DNA of 64,000 nt from an uncultured Methanosarcinaceae archaeon (GCA_963727895.1 CAVSHT010000005.1:128001-192000); one strand, 5' to 3'; shown: positions 34,980 to 46,459, counted from the first letter of the stretch. Numbers and translations are program-made. The notes: a model not told the origin generated them from the letters alone.

Positions 34980-37301
34980 ATTAAGAACGCTTTTGAAAAA
35001 CTTGGAGTATTCATCCAGAATAACCGTTTGACCATACTAGTGGTCTTTTTCCTTCTTATCTTGTTATCGGCTTAGGGTGCTCAGAATATTACTATGAAAT
35101 AAGGGACAGATACCTTTGTCAGCAAAAACTCTCTGCTTTATCAGGACTATGATCACCTTTACCAGAAATTATTTCAAACTCAATCTATCGTAGTGATGGT
35201 GGAAGGAAATGATGTAAGGTCTGCAGAAGTAATGCAAGCTATAGACCGGCTTGAACATCAGCTTAACTCTACTGAAGGAGTTAAAACAACAACAAGTCCG
35301 GCTGATTATATAAAGCTAATAAACTATAAAATGACAGGTAAATCCCGGATACCGGATGCAGATGCAGACGTCAAAAAAATTATTGACGGATATCCCAGTA
35401 TATTTGGACAATTGATTTCTGACAATACACACACTGTAGTTTCGGTAGGAATGAGTGGATCTGTAACAGATGATAAGAAAAAAGAGATTTTGAAGGCTAC
35501 ACAGGATGCTGCCAAACTTGCTGATTTTCCACCTGGATACAATGTCATAGTGACAGGCGATCCCGCCTTTAGCATTGCAATGAACACTTAGATGAGTTCA
35601 AGTATGGGACCTTTGCTAGGGCTTGCTGGCTTGTTTATGCTCATTGTTCTGTTCATAGTCTTTGGACATGTTCGCTGGAGATGGCTGCCTTTACCTATTG
35701 TTCTCCTTGGAATTATATACACTTTTGGAGCTATGGGTTTTTTAGGAATTCCACTGTCTATGGTTTCAATGTCAGCTTTTCCGGTATTGATAGGGCTCGG
35801 TATCGATTACGCAATTCAGTTCCATAACAGGATTGAAGAAGAATTGCGTAAAGAAGGAAATAAATCTAAAGCTATTATAAGAACAATAAAACATACTGGA
35901 CCTGCGGTCCTTATAGCTCTTTCAATGACTGCTCTTGGTTTCGTTTCCTTATTTACATCCACAGTTCCAATGATCCAGGATTTTGGGAAACTTCTTACGA
36001 TCGGCATAATAATGTGCTATCTTGCAGCTCTTTTTGTTGGAGTAATTACCGTTACTCTCTTTGATGATATCTCAAAAAAGAAATTGAAGAAGAAAAAAAC
36101 AAAAGTTGAAGATGCCTCACTCAAGAAGCCAAAACCCCGGTTTATAGGAGATCTTCTCAGGAAACTTACTGATACTACAATAAAGTACAATGTAATTGTT
36201 ATTGGAATTGCAACTTTACTCTGCATTGGAGGTCTCTATGCCGATGAGTCAGTAGGTATCCAGACTGATACTCAGGCTTTTGTTCCTCAGAACATGCCTG
36301 CTCTTCTCGACCTGTATCATCTAAAGGATATTATGGGTGGAACTGATGCACTTAATCTAATTATAAAAGTTAACGACAATGCTGATCCTAATATTCTTAA
36401 ATGGATAGATGAGTTCAGCGAACATGAAACCCAAAGACCACATATTGACAGTGCTTCAAGCATTGTAACTCTTGTAAAACAATATAATGGTGGCACAATC
36501 CCAGATAGCCGTAGTGAAATTGAAGCAATCTATGCACAAATTCCTGAATCCCAGAAATCTCAATACATTTACGGCAAAAACATGCTTCTTTTAAATCTCA
36601 ATATTGGGAATGCTCAGAAAGAGATCGGAATGACCGGAATTAAGGATTTGACCAATATTGTGAAGCAGGATATTCAATGGATGCAGGCTCCTCCTGGTAC
36701 TTCAATAACCATTACCGGAAGTTCTGTGGTCTTTACTGAGGTTATAGGTGCTCTTACAAGCGGAAGAACTGAAATGACTTACATTGGACTTTTCCTGGTG
36801 CTGGGTGGCCTTCTAATTGTGTACAGAGACTGGATAAAAGCCCTTGTTCCGATCATCCCAATGTTTATGGTAACCGGGTGGTCTGGATTGGTAATGACTT
36901 ACCTGAAACTTGACTATACTCCTATGACCGCAACCCTAGGTGCGCTGATTCTTGGAATAGGCTGTGAGTACTCAATCCTGATGATGGAAAGATACTTTGA
37001 AGAAAAGGACAACGGAGCCAGTCCTATGGAAGCCATACATAAAACAGCTGCAAGTATTGGAGCTGCCTTTATAGCTTCAGGAGCCACAGTTGTTTTCGGA
37101 TTTGCAGCTTTGATAGCATCTCCGTTTCCTATAACCAGCAACTTTGGAATGGTTACAGTTATTGATATTGTGCTTGTCCTCGTTGCAACCTTCACGGTAT
37201 TCCCACCCTTAATTATAATATTGGACTCATGGAGGGAAAAGAAAAGAGGAGTGCATGTATTAGAAAACTCAAAAAAGAGCACAGGGGCTGAGATACAATG
37301 A
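34980..37301 (+). pseudogene. RND/MMPL (HAE3) efflux transporter with three in-frame stops
   Basis: One frame from 34980; TAG 35073, TAA 35100, TAG 35589; GLGIDYAI motif. Confidence 0.85.
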
Positions 37302-38443
37302 ATAAACCCCAGAACTATGTACCAGAGAAGTTAGTTACAACATTTGTTTTAATTGCAGTTCTCCTGTCACTTTTCTCAATAACTGTGTCTCCGGTTCTTG
37401 GAAGTTCAAACATAGGAAATTTCCTGATTCCAGGGAACGGGTTTACAGTGGATTATTATAGAAGCTATGGAGAGCCAGATATTCAAGCATCTGTTATAGG
37501 AGACCCAGAATTTCAGAGGGGAGAAATCACAGATGTTCAAATAATGCTTACAAATAAAGGTATAATTGAAGGCATGAAACCTCTGAATGTAAATCAGAAC
37601 CTTATTCCTGATTCTAAAGAGGAGTTAATTGCTGCTGCCGAGATGAGTACAGAACAAGACTGTACAACAGCAAAAGGTATCAAGGCGAATCTAACCTCTG
37701 GATCGAAGTACATTCATATCGACTCCACTACAACTCCCCAAACCGTAGACGAACTTAAAACTGGATATATAGATCCAATAAAGTTCACAATACGTATTGA
37801 TGACGATACGCCTGCTGGAGATTATGAACTACAGCTTCCGATAACTTATCAGTACCAGAGTAATGTCCGTACGGATACGGCAAGTACTGTAGCTATTGGA
37901 CTAAGTTCGGATAGTGTAGCATTCACAAAGGAATACACGGTAAGAAACATTGTTCTTCCTCTTCACATATCAATTAAAAAAGAACCGAAGTTTGAAGTAA
38001 GTAAGGTTTCTGGAACTCTGAAACAGGGTTCAACAGATATGATTAATGTTACTTACACAAATATCGGAGAAACTTCAGCTGAAGATGCACAGGCAAAGAT
38101 TGTTGTCATGAAACCACTGAGCACCACCAAGTCGGCTGTCAGGCTAGGAACAATAGAACCAGGAGAAAGCCAGACAGTGTCATTCAATATTACGGCGGAG
38201 TCTGATGCGGTGGTGAAAAATTACGGTGTTGACAGTGAAGTGAAGTATATTGATGATGAAGGGAAAACACAGTTTTCCAATAATATGAAAGTTGACATGC
38301 CAATTGAAAAAACAGAATCGAAATTTAGCACAACGATGATAATTGGGATATTACTAGCCCTTGTCTTTATCTACCAGATTATAAAGGTGCTCCGGAATAG
38401 GAAAAACTATAGCAAAAATGATTCAGGTGATGAGAATGATTAA
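37298..38443 (+). CDS. COG1361 S-layer-like protein
   Basis: Signal peptide, PAGDYEL, LGTIEPGES, C-terminal TM helix. Confidence 0.8.
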   Translation: MNKPQNYVPEKLVTTFVLIAVLLSLFSITVSPVLGSSNIGNFLIPGNGFTVDYYRSYGEPDIQASVIGDPEFQRGEITDVQIMLTNKGIIEGMKPLNVNQNLIPDSKEELIAAAEMSTEQDCTTAKGIKANLTSGSKYIHIDSTTTPQTVDELKTGYIDPIKFTIRIDDDTPAGDYELQLPITYQYQSNVRTDTASTVAIGLSSDSVAFTKEYTVRNIVLPLHISIKKEPKFEVSKVSGTLKQGSTDMINVTYTNIGETSAEDAQAKIVVMKPLSTTKSAVRLGTIEPGESQTVSFNITAESDAVVKNYGVDSEVKYIDDEGKTQFSNNMKVDMPIEKTESKFSTTMIIGILLALVFIYQIIKVLRNRKNYSKNDSGDEND

Positions 38444-39488
38444 AAGAAGAAGTATCTCTGCGGTTGCAATTCTTCTTATGTTAGTGCTAGCAATAATGCC
38501 TGTACAGGCGGCATTACCAGCATATTTTGATTTCGGTAAAAACTTTTACACCGTTTACGGAGGGCCAAATATAGAGGCTACTCCAATTGGAGATACCGAG
38601 TATTCCAGAGGAGATACTGTTACTCTGAATGTAGGACTTATGAACAAAGGAGTAGTTGAGGGTTTTAAATCAGAAAAAGATGCTGACAGCGTGCTTGATA
38701 CAGTGCTGCAGCAAACTGAGATGAAATACGAGACTCAGGCTACAACGGCTGATGGTATCCTTGCAACTCTGACATCTAACAATTCAAATATACAGGTAAA
38801 ATCAGGCCCTCAGGAATCAGGCAGTCTTATACAGGGAGGACAAAGCGTATATCCCTCACAATTTACTATCGAAATTAGTAAAAACGCTCCTGCAGGTACA
38901 TATCCTTTGAATTTACAGCTTTCGTACCAGTACCAGAATAATACGCAGGTTAGCGGAGATGAGTATGATGCGACTACGGGACTTGTAACTAACGAAGGTG
39001 TAGGTGTCTGGTACGAAAATAAAACACAGAACCAGACAATAATGGTCACGGTTAAGAAAGAGCCTTACTTTGAGGTGACGAATGTAACAGGAGATCTTTA
39101 CCCGAATAAAGAGAGTACAATATATGTTACTTATAAAAATACAGGGGAAAAACCTGCAAAGGATGCAACTGTAAGAGTAACTGCCAGTGATCCATTCAGC
39201 ACAACTGATGATCAGGCATACCTGGGTAATTTGCAACCAGGAGAGAGCGCGGTTGCAGCTTTTGATATGTCTACAGATAGTACTGCAACGCCAAAACCAT
39301 ATTCGCTGGACAGTGAAATCCTTTATGAGGATACTGAGGGACATGACCAGGTTTCAGACAGTGTTAAAATAAACACGAAAGTATCGCCTGAAAAAAGTTC
39401 ACTTCCAGGATTTGAACTGGGAACGGGTATGACATTTGTGGCTCTTGCAGCCTGTTTTATTGCATTAAGAAAGAAGAAACAGGAATGA
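38418..39488 (+). CDS. COG1361 S-layer-like protein with PGF-CTERM
   Basis: Paralogue of the preceding gene; ends LPGF-TM-RKKK. Confidence 0.82.
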   Translation: MIQVMRMIKRRSISAVAILLMLVLAIMPVQAALPAYFDFGKNFYTVYGGPNIEATPIGDTEYSRGDTVTLNVGLMNKGVVEGFKSEKDADSVLDTVLQQTEMKYETQATTADGILATLTSNNSNIQVKSGPQESGSLIQGGQSVYPSQFTIEISKNAPAGTYPLNLQLSYQYQNNTQVSGDEYDATTGLVTNEGVGVWYENKTQNQTIMVTVKKEPYFEVTNVTGDLYPNKESTIYVTYKNTGEKPAKDATVRVTASDPFSTTDDQAYLGNLQPGESAVAAFDMSTDSTATPKPYSLDSEILYEDTEGHDQVSDSVKINTKVSPEKSSLPGFELGTGMTFVALAACFIALRKKKQE

Positions 39489-39553
39489 GGATAAAGAACC
39501 TGAAAAATTCCATAAATAAATGTCGAGGCAAAATTTCACGATGAAAGATGAAA

Positions 39554-39584
39554 GTAGCCTTTTTAAAAGGCTACAACTTTTTTT
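39554..39584 (+). terminator. Hairpin plus T-tract terminator
   Basis: GTAGCCTT...AAGGCTAC then TTTTTTT. Confidence 0.6.
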
Positions 39585-39713
39585 AAAATATATTGAAAAA
39601 GAATTTGACAATAAAACTTAGTATACAGCATCTTATCAAGAAAATGAAAAAAGAATGTAATCCTATGCTTAATGTAATTCTGTGCTGTTTTTTCTACAAT
39701 TTTCTAACCTTAA

Positions 39714-39854
39714 TTAATATGTATATTTTCTTTTGTGCAATTTTTTAAAAAGTATGAGAAGCTTAGGTCTTATATATGCCTCGTATGCCATTCCTGCAAA
39801 AAGAAACAAAAAAAGCATGAACAGAGCGAGGACACCGACTGGAATGTTAACCAT
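39714..39854 (-). CDS. Small single-TM protein, 46 aa (not in the ORF track)
   Basis: GGAGGA RBS; MVNIPVGVLALFMLFLFLFAGMAYEAYIRPKLLILFKKLHKRKYTY. Confidence 0.65.
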   Translation of the reverse strand: MVNIPVGVLALFMLFLFLFAGMAYEAYIRPKLLILFKKLHKRKYTY

Positions 39855-40099
39855 ATTTCATTCCTCCTGCAATGTTTAATCATGCCATTTCAAGCTAATC
39901 ACGATGAAATAGTTCCACCACGATTAACAATTATATCTATTTAATTATATATAATCGTTAGTATTTATAGTATGAAAATAAAAACGTCATACACATAAGG
40001 TGGATACCATATTATGCTTTGAAATAAGGAGGTTTGCCGTCAAAAACAAAAAGAGAACTAGTGATTGTTTTAGTGATTGCTTTGTTCATAACCTGTCCA

Positions 40100-40990
40100 T
40101 AAACTATTGAACTTAGAATATTTCTTATTTCATAATAAAAGTCAAGTTCTGTCTTTCAAGTAAACTCGTTGATACTTTACTTTGATCTATATCCTGACCA
40201 AAAATAATTTTTTTCTATTTTTTGAAGCCTCATTCCCTTCTTATTTTTGACAACCTGAGTATATTTCAAATCATTAGGTACTATTTTTGGTTTCTTAGGT
40301 ATTCCTCTCGGTCCTGTTTTTTGAAACTCTATCCATTTACTGTATTTTTTCAAAAGAGATTCAGCATAGAATTTTAGTCCATCTGTAACGAAAAGAGGCT
40401 TTGGATCTGAAAGATGTTTATCTGTAGTTTGTATCAATTCGTCAGCCACATACTGTTTTCTTGGTCCCAGTACAAAATCAATAATTAACCTGGATTCAGG
40501 AGCAAAACTCATCCACATCCATGTTCCGTCGTCTTCACTTTTTGTTCTTGGTCCACTTTTTTAGACTATTACCCACAATTCATCCATTTCAACTTTTGAA
40601 ATGTTCAGGTCTTTCATTAAATCTTCATTTACCTTCTCACATTGTTTCGCTGCGCGAAACAACCAGTTACTAACTGTAGATGTTGAACTTCCAATAACTC
40701 AGCTACGGATTGTATTGACATTCCCTTGATAGCCATCTTTAAAGCTAATATGACAACAGATTCATCTTTTCGAACATTATCAAAGAAAGTGTTTGTACGA
40801 TCGTTGAATACTCTGCCGCATTCGTGGCAGATATATTTTCGAACTCTCTTGTTCTTGATTTGATAGGTGCCGTTGCCTATGATATTTCCTTTCCCAAAAA
40901 TACTGTAGAATTTACAATCTTGATTAGGACAAGAAATATCCGTAAACTTTGGTTTTGCTCCGCGTTTCCCCATTAATATATCAATTATAT
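40100..40990 (-). mobile_element. Degenerate IS1-family transposase of a second, long type
   Basis: CPNQDC...CHEC zinc finger, EMDELW and FVTDG; frameshifted and truncated; ends approximate. Confidence 0.75.
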
Positions 40991-41434
40991 AACGCTAATA
41001 CATGATATCAGCTGACTATAAAATGAGCACCAGATTTTGAAGTCCTAAATCTTGAGAGTAAGAAAACCAGAAAAGAATAGCTTTGTTAAAATCTTCAAAA
41101 TGGTTATATTCATAGAGGTGAATTGAGTAACATGGCGTTATAAATGCTATTTTAGCTGTTTAAAAATGTTTTAATTTTTTTTTAATCCAAACTTCAAGAC
41201 TTATTAGTATTGATTGACTGCAAATACTCAAGTTAAATTTCGATTGAATAAGCTTATTTTAACTCTGTTTGTGCACATATGAATATTAGAAAATTTAGCT
41301 AATGTTAAGAAAATTTAGTTAACGTGATTTTTTGATATATACCAACTTTAGTTTAATATATTTGCTCTCAACCCAATAAGTATATATATCTGTCTGGTAG
41401 AGATTAATAAACCTGAAAATTAGGAGGATAGGAT

Positions 41435-41530
41435 ATGCAAAAAAATGGTGTAGAGTTTAATTGTATTTATTTTCTGGAATGCGAAGAATCAAAGATTGTA
41501 GATTTGGATTTCACACTTCCAGCAGCATGA
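41435..41530 (+). CDS. 31-aa leader or small protein (not in the ORF track)
   Basis: AGGAGGA RBS; TATATATA at 41381; MQKNGVEFNCIYFLECEESKIVDLDFTLPAA. Confidence 0.5.
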   Translation: MQKNGVEFNCIYFLECEESKIVDLDFTLPAA

Positions 41531-41599
41531 AAAATAATTTTCTTACTTGTTGCTTGATTGTTGTTAAACAGAATTCAAATTGAACATTGTCGATGACAT

Positions 41600-42418
41600 A
41601 TGAGTAATTCACAGGCTTCTGGTCATATCCCTGATCTTGACCTCATAACCCATTATAGTGAGAATTGCTACTCTTTTCTCACTAGAATCAGTCCCTGGAC
41701 AAAACTATTTGGACTTATTGCCATCATCGTAATTTTAACCATTTCACAAAGTGTTGAACTACTGATGGTAATGTATGCGTTTATACTCCTTATCTATTGG
41801 CAATCCAACCTGCCAATCAGAAAATTAGTTAACTGGTGCTTTTTGCCGGTTTTGTTTGTACTATCATTAGTTATTTTATTGATGTGGAATGAACCCGGAA
41901 TACCTTTGCTTTCCTTAAAGATCCCCTGGTTTTCTCTGACTTTGACAGATAATGGATTATTGTTATTGATCCGGCTTTTGCTAAAAGCCCTTATATCAAT
42001 GACATCTTCTCTTCTGTTTCTCATGACAACTAGGTATTCACACCTCTCCGCCATAGTTTACAGGATCTTTCCATATCCTGTGGACCAGATATTTTTGATG
42101 TCTTACAGGTTTCTCTTCATAACACTGGATATGATTGACTCCATGATAATGGCTTTTAAATCGAGAGGTGGAGGTTTTATTAAAAACATGAGCAGGCAAA
42201 CCCAAACTTTTGCGGAGATCTTTGCACTTGTTTTTATTCGATCTTACGATCAAGCAGAAAGGGTTAACAAGGCTATGGAATCAAGGGGATATAACGGAAC
42301 ATACACTACGTCAACAGAAATTCAGCAAATAAGACCTGTGGAATATACTGTCCTATTTGCATTTTTAATTGCAATAGCCTATCTGCTAATATTTTATAAT
42401 TCATCGATTTCGAGGTGA
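41600..42418 (+). CDS. cbiQ: ECF Co/Ni transporter T component
   Basis: SYRFLF, SRG and AMESRG motifs. Confidence 0.88.
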   Translation: MSNSQASGHIPDLDLITHYSENCYSFLTRISPWTKLFGLIAIIVILTISQSVELLMVMYAFILLIYWQSNLPIRKLVNWCFLPVLFVLSLVILLMWNEPGIPLLSLKIPWFSLTLTDNGLLLLIRLLLKALISMTSSLLFLMTTRYSHLSAIVYRIFPYPVDQIFLMSYRFLFITLDMIDSMIMAFKSRGGGFIKNMSRQTQTFAEIFALVFIRSYDQAERVNKAMESRGYNGTYTTSTEIQQIRPVEYTVLFAFLIAIAYLLIFYNSSISR

Positions 42419-42429
42419 ATTTGTAATTC

Positions 42430-43326
42430 ATGCAAAAACATATTGATCTAGTACGAAAGCATGACTTTCCCAAGCCTCATGAGCTAATACATATAGACTG
42501 TGCAAGTCACATCTACCCGGATGGAAGCATTGGAATTCATGAGTTGTGTTTTAAGGTAATAGAAAATGAAATAGTTGCCTTATGCGGGGCGAATGGTTCA
42601 GGCAAATCTACTCTTTTAGAACATCTAAACGGCTTGCTTTTGCCTTCAAAAGGCAACATCTACGTCATGGGCGAAAAAATAAATCCAACAACGAAAAAAG
42701 ACCTATGGAAGAATGTAGGGATAGTGTTTCAGAAATCAGATGATCAGCTCTTTGCACCAACCGTTCTGGACGATGTAATGTTTGGTCCTCTCAATCTAGG
42801 CATGAACAAAGATGAAGCCCGGGACGTAGCAATGGAAGCATTAGAAGCCGTAGGAGCTGAGAAGTTTATAAAAAAAATTCCCAATTATCTCAGCGGTGGA
42901 CAGAAACGTTTAGTCTCTATAGCTGGCATTCTTGCAATGAAACCCAAAATAATCGCTCTTGATGAACCAACTTCTGACTTGGATCCAAAGCATTCTGAAA
43001 TTGTTGAAAATATAATTTGTGAATTGAAAGAAAAACATGGCATAAGTATTGTTCTGGCAACCCATGACCTCGACTTTGCTGCACGTATTGCTGATAGGAT
43101 CTGTATTGTTAAGGGAGGATCTGTAATTGCAGAAGGCAGACCCTCTGAGATCTTTTACAATAAAACTTTGCTTGAAGATTCCGGGCTGAAAGAGCCTAAT
43201 GTTGTACAGGTATACAGGGCTATTTGCGAGTTAAAGGGGACGGAGAGTAACAAAATGGAACAGCCTGTGACTATAGGAGAATTGGTGAAATCCCTCCAAC
43301 CTTCAAATAACCATAAACAGTATTGA
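42430..43326 (+). CDS. cbiO: ECF Co/Ni transporter ATPase
   Basis: GANGSGKS, LSGGQ, LDEPT and THD. Confidence 0.9.
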   Translation: MQKHIDLVRKHDFPKPHELIHIDCASHIYPDGSIGIHELCFKVIENEIVALCGANGSGKSTLLEHLNGLLLPSKGNIYVMGEKINPTTKKDLWKNVGIVFQKSDDQLFAPTVLDDVMFGPLNLGMNKDEARDVAMEALEAVGAEKFIKKIPNYLSGGQKRLVSIAGILAMKPKIIALDEPTSDLDPKHSEIVENIICELKEKHGISIVLATHDLDFAARIADRICIVKGGSVIAEGRPSEIFYNKTLLEDSGLKEPNVVQVYRAICELKGTESNKMEQPVTIGELVKSLQPSNNHKQY

Positions 43327-43539
43327 AAGAGATATAACGGACTCTTTTGAATTCTGTTCTTTTCAGTTTTATTTATTACACTGCATAAGTAACTTGCATA
43401 ATTAAAATTTGGCATAATGCCAAATAATTTGGTATAATTACAAAAATTACACAATATATAAATCAGACAAATTGGTGTCACTAAAACCCATTTACAAAAT
43501 CTGCATCGATAAAAACAAACATAATAGGAAGTTCTCAAA

Positions 43540-44199
43540 ATGGCTCATATACATTTAGAAGACGGCTCTTTTTCCCTTCAATGGATCTCCATATGGTGGA
43601 TTCTTTCGATAGCTTTAGTCTGCCTTTGTATATACTGGATGAAAAAGGTGAATAAAAGCGATGACAATAAAGTGTTAACTATAGCAGGAATGTGCACTGC
43701 GGCTTCATTTGCGATTTTTCAGGTCAATATTCCTTTGTTTGGGGGTGTACACATGAATCTAACACCTCTTATAGGCATATTAGTGGGTCCTGCAGTTGGA
43801 GGAATAATTGTATTCATAGTGAATATATTATCTGCTGCAATAGGACATGGTGGATGGGGAATGATTGGAGCGAATGTTCTAGTCAATCTAACTGAAGTTT
43901 CAGTTGCCTATTTCACATATCGTGGACTTGCCAGAGCCAAATTGAGCTCTTTTTCAAGAGCCGGTATTGCTACTCTGGCAGGATTGTTATTTGGTAATGT
44001 AACTATGATAATCGTAATCCTGGTTTCAGGAATCCAGGGAGTAACGCAGAGCCGCATGGATATACTTTATGGGCTTTCTCTCCTTGCAGGAGTCAATATG
44101 GGAGTTGCTGTAATTGAAGCTGTGCTTACTGGATATGTAGTTTCGTACTTGCAAAAAGTCAGACCGGATATGCTTCAGGAGGATGAGTTTCGTGTATGA
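43540..44199 (+). CDS. cbiM: ECF Co/Ni substrate component (CbiM/NikM)
   Basis: MAHIHLEDG N-terminus, GGVH, GHGG and IEA..TG. Confidence 0.85.
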   Translation: MAHIHLEDGSFSLQWISIWWILSIALVCLCIYWMKKVNKSDDNKVLTIAGMCTAASFAIFQVNIPLFGGVHMNLTPLIGILVGPAVGGIIVFIVNILSAAIGHGGWGMIGANVLVNLTEVSVAYFTYRGLARAKLSSFSRAGIATLAGLLFGNVTMIIVILVSGIQGVTQSRMDILYGLSLLAGVNMGVAVIEAVLTGYVVSYLQKVRPDMLQEDEFRV

Positions 44200-44458
44200 A
44201 ATAGACCGAAAAAAAAGTATGCTTCTGTTTGGGGTTTTGATCGTAGCTGTTTCAGGATTAAGCTTGATTGCTTACCATGTCTCAGGTCATATGGGCATAG
44301 AAGAAAGGTTTAATAGTGCTGTTGGAATTAAAGCAGAACCAGAGGACGAAGGACCGTCTGGAATATTTGGATTTAATATTGAGGGCAATGTATTATATTA
44401 TGAGATCATCCTCACCATTCTTATAGTAATATGCCTGATTATTTATATCAAAAAGTAA
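44183..44458 (+). CDS. CbiN/NikN-like 2-TM accessory protein
   Basis: Two TM helices with an acidic loop; overlaps cbiM. Confidence 0.65.
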   Translation: MSFVYEIDRKKSMLLFGVLIVAVSGLSLIAYHVSGHMGIEERFNSAVGIKAEPEDEGPSGIFGFNIEGNVLYYEIILTILIVICLIIYIKK

Positions 44459-44498
44459 AACAATGTAATCTATAGCTTAAGAATAATTTCAATAAAGT

Positions 44499-45132
44499 GG
44501 TATTGTTACTTAAATATATCTAGTTATTTATTTCTGTATTTCATCAATAGAATAACCGAGTACTTTAGCATTTCAAGACTTTTTGTATAACACTTTGTCT
44601 TTCGTCTCAATCTTGCTAGAAAATGCCTCAATATGCTGTTATATCCTTCAACAGTATACGTTTCTGCTTTGGATTGAGTATGGATCTTTTCTGGAAGAAC
44701 CTCTGCATATGCTCTCCAGTGATCGGTCATCACTTCTCCAATCTCTTTTTTCTTCAATTTTTTTCAGAGTTGTTGTCCAGTTTCTGTTCCTCTGCTACCA
44801 AAAGAGCAATTGATGAACTTTTTCCCAATTCTATCAATAGCAATCCAGATCCAGCAATATTTATTTTGTCACCGATGTAAGTGTGCATTTCATCCATTTC
44901 AACAATAGATATCTCATTTTCACTTTTTAGGTCCTCTAACTTCTGACCAAATTCCTTTATCCATTTTTGGACAGAAACATGACTTACCCCTAAAACTCTT
45001 CCTATTGAGCGAAAGCCCAATCCTTCAAGATAGAGTTGTAAAGCCTGTCTTTTTACAGAAGCGGAAAAAGCAGTTGATTTTAGCTCTACTGTATAGTTAT
45101 AGCCACAATCAGAGCATTTGTACCGTTGACGC
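44499..45132 (-). mobile_element. IS1-family element, copy 4, 5'-truncated
   Basis: Similarity to copies 1-3 stops at 45132. Confidence 0.88.
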
Positions 45133-45826
45133 ACTGCCTAATAAAAGATATATAGAACTTTAATTATGAAACAAAGAGTTATCAAATTAAAATGGGAATA
45201 TGATAATAATTATGACAATCTTTTTACTAATTGTCATATACTAAATCTAAAAATTAAATCTATTGAATAGTCGTCCTTTATAAGGATATTTTACTTTCAA
45301 AGAAAAAGCCTTAATTGAAGGTGCTTAGAAATAAAAAAAGTTCAGTAATTTTTCAAACTGAATACACGTTTTTTAAGGTATTAAATTGAATTTAGTTGGA
45401 AAATATGGCTTTTATACAGTATAGAGATTAAATTCGTGTTTAAAAAAGTGGATTGCAGATTATTATTCCCGACTCATTGAGAGTTTTAAAAAAAATGTAA
45501 TTGTATATTAAATGTAAAAGTAAATATGTTTTATTGACTGAGGGTTTACCTAGTTTTTTCAATACTATTAATATTCAGAATAAGTTTTTCTGGGTATTTT
45601 ATATAAAATATTATTATATTTATAATTGTACTTTCATAGCAATCAAATCTATTCCGATCCAAATGAATAGGGAATCAGAATAGTTATTAAATTGCCATAT
45701 GAAAGTATGATTAATGGGGTGAATGAAGAGTTTGCTTAGATAATTGCATATTCTAATCTCACCCAAAAATGTGAACAGAATAAAATAAAACAACAAAATA
45801 AAGTAAAACCACGGAGGTAGATATAA

Positions 45827-45952
45827 ATGTGGGGATGGAATCGCTGGGGCGGCGGATGGAATCGCGGCTGGGGCGGCGGCTGGGGCGGCGGCTGCGGTGG
45901 CTGGGGCGGCGGCTGCGGTGGCTGGGGCGGCGGCTGCGGTGGCTGGTGCTAA
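45827..45952 (+). CDS. 41-aa Gly/Trp/Cys repeat peptide (not in the ORF track)
   Basis: GGAGGT RBS at 45813-45818; MWGWNRWGGGWNRGWGGGWGGGCGGWGGGCGGWGGGCGGWC. Confidence 0.75.
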   Translation: MWGWNRWGGGWNRGWGGGWGGGCGGWGGGCGGWGGGCGGWC

Positions 45953-46459
45953 GAGGGCGGCGGCTGCGGTGGCTGGTGCTAAGAACAGTCATTAAGTCCA
46001 AATGCTACTAAATACTAAATAAAACACTAAATAATCATAGCCATATTTCAAGATAAAATCTTTCCGATGAATAGTTTCGTCTGAATATGGCTATACATTT
46101 CAAATAAGCCGTCAACTTATTTGAATTATCGCTTAAGTGCCAAATAAAGATGAAATTATCATCGCAGACCGGGCTGCATTTTGACATATAACTAATTTTC
46201 TCGGGAACTGCATCCATATAGGCGCAGGTTTTCCACAGCCACCTGCGCCACCTCCAATAAGTATAATTGTGAAAATAAAAGGATTTAACTGAAGGTGAGG
46301 GAAATATCACAAGATCACGGATGTGTTATCTATGTCTTTCAAATAGAGCCCAATACCAGCAAAGCTGTCAGTAGGGGCAAAGTAGATGGCACTAATTTGA
46401 AGTTTTTTAATGATTTTTATTACACTCTTGGTTTACTTAAACATCGTTGATAGTTATTT

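Noticed and set aside
45841..45984. Possible CRISPR array
   Set aside because: Contiguous 21-nt coding repeats with no spacers; no cas genes in the window
45759..46011. Arg-rich ORFs 45829-46011 (+) and 45759-46001 (-)
   Set aside because: Shadow frames of the G/W/C peptide; the RBS spacing fits ATG 45827
46035..46400. GC-richer patch and 91-aa ORF
   Set aside because: No coherent protein in any frame; probably a decayed gene fragment
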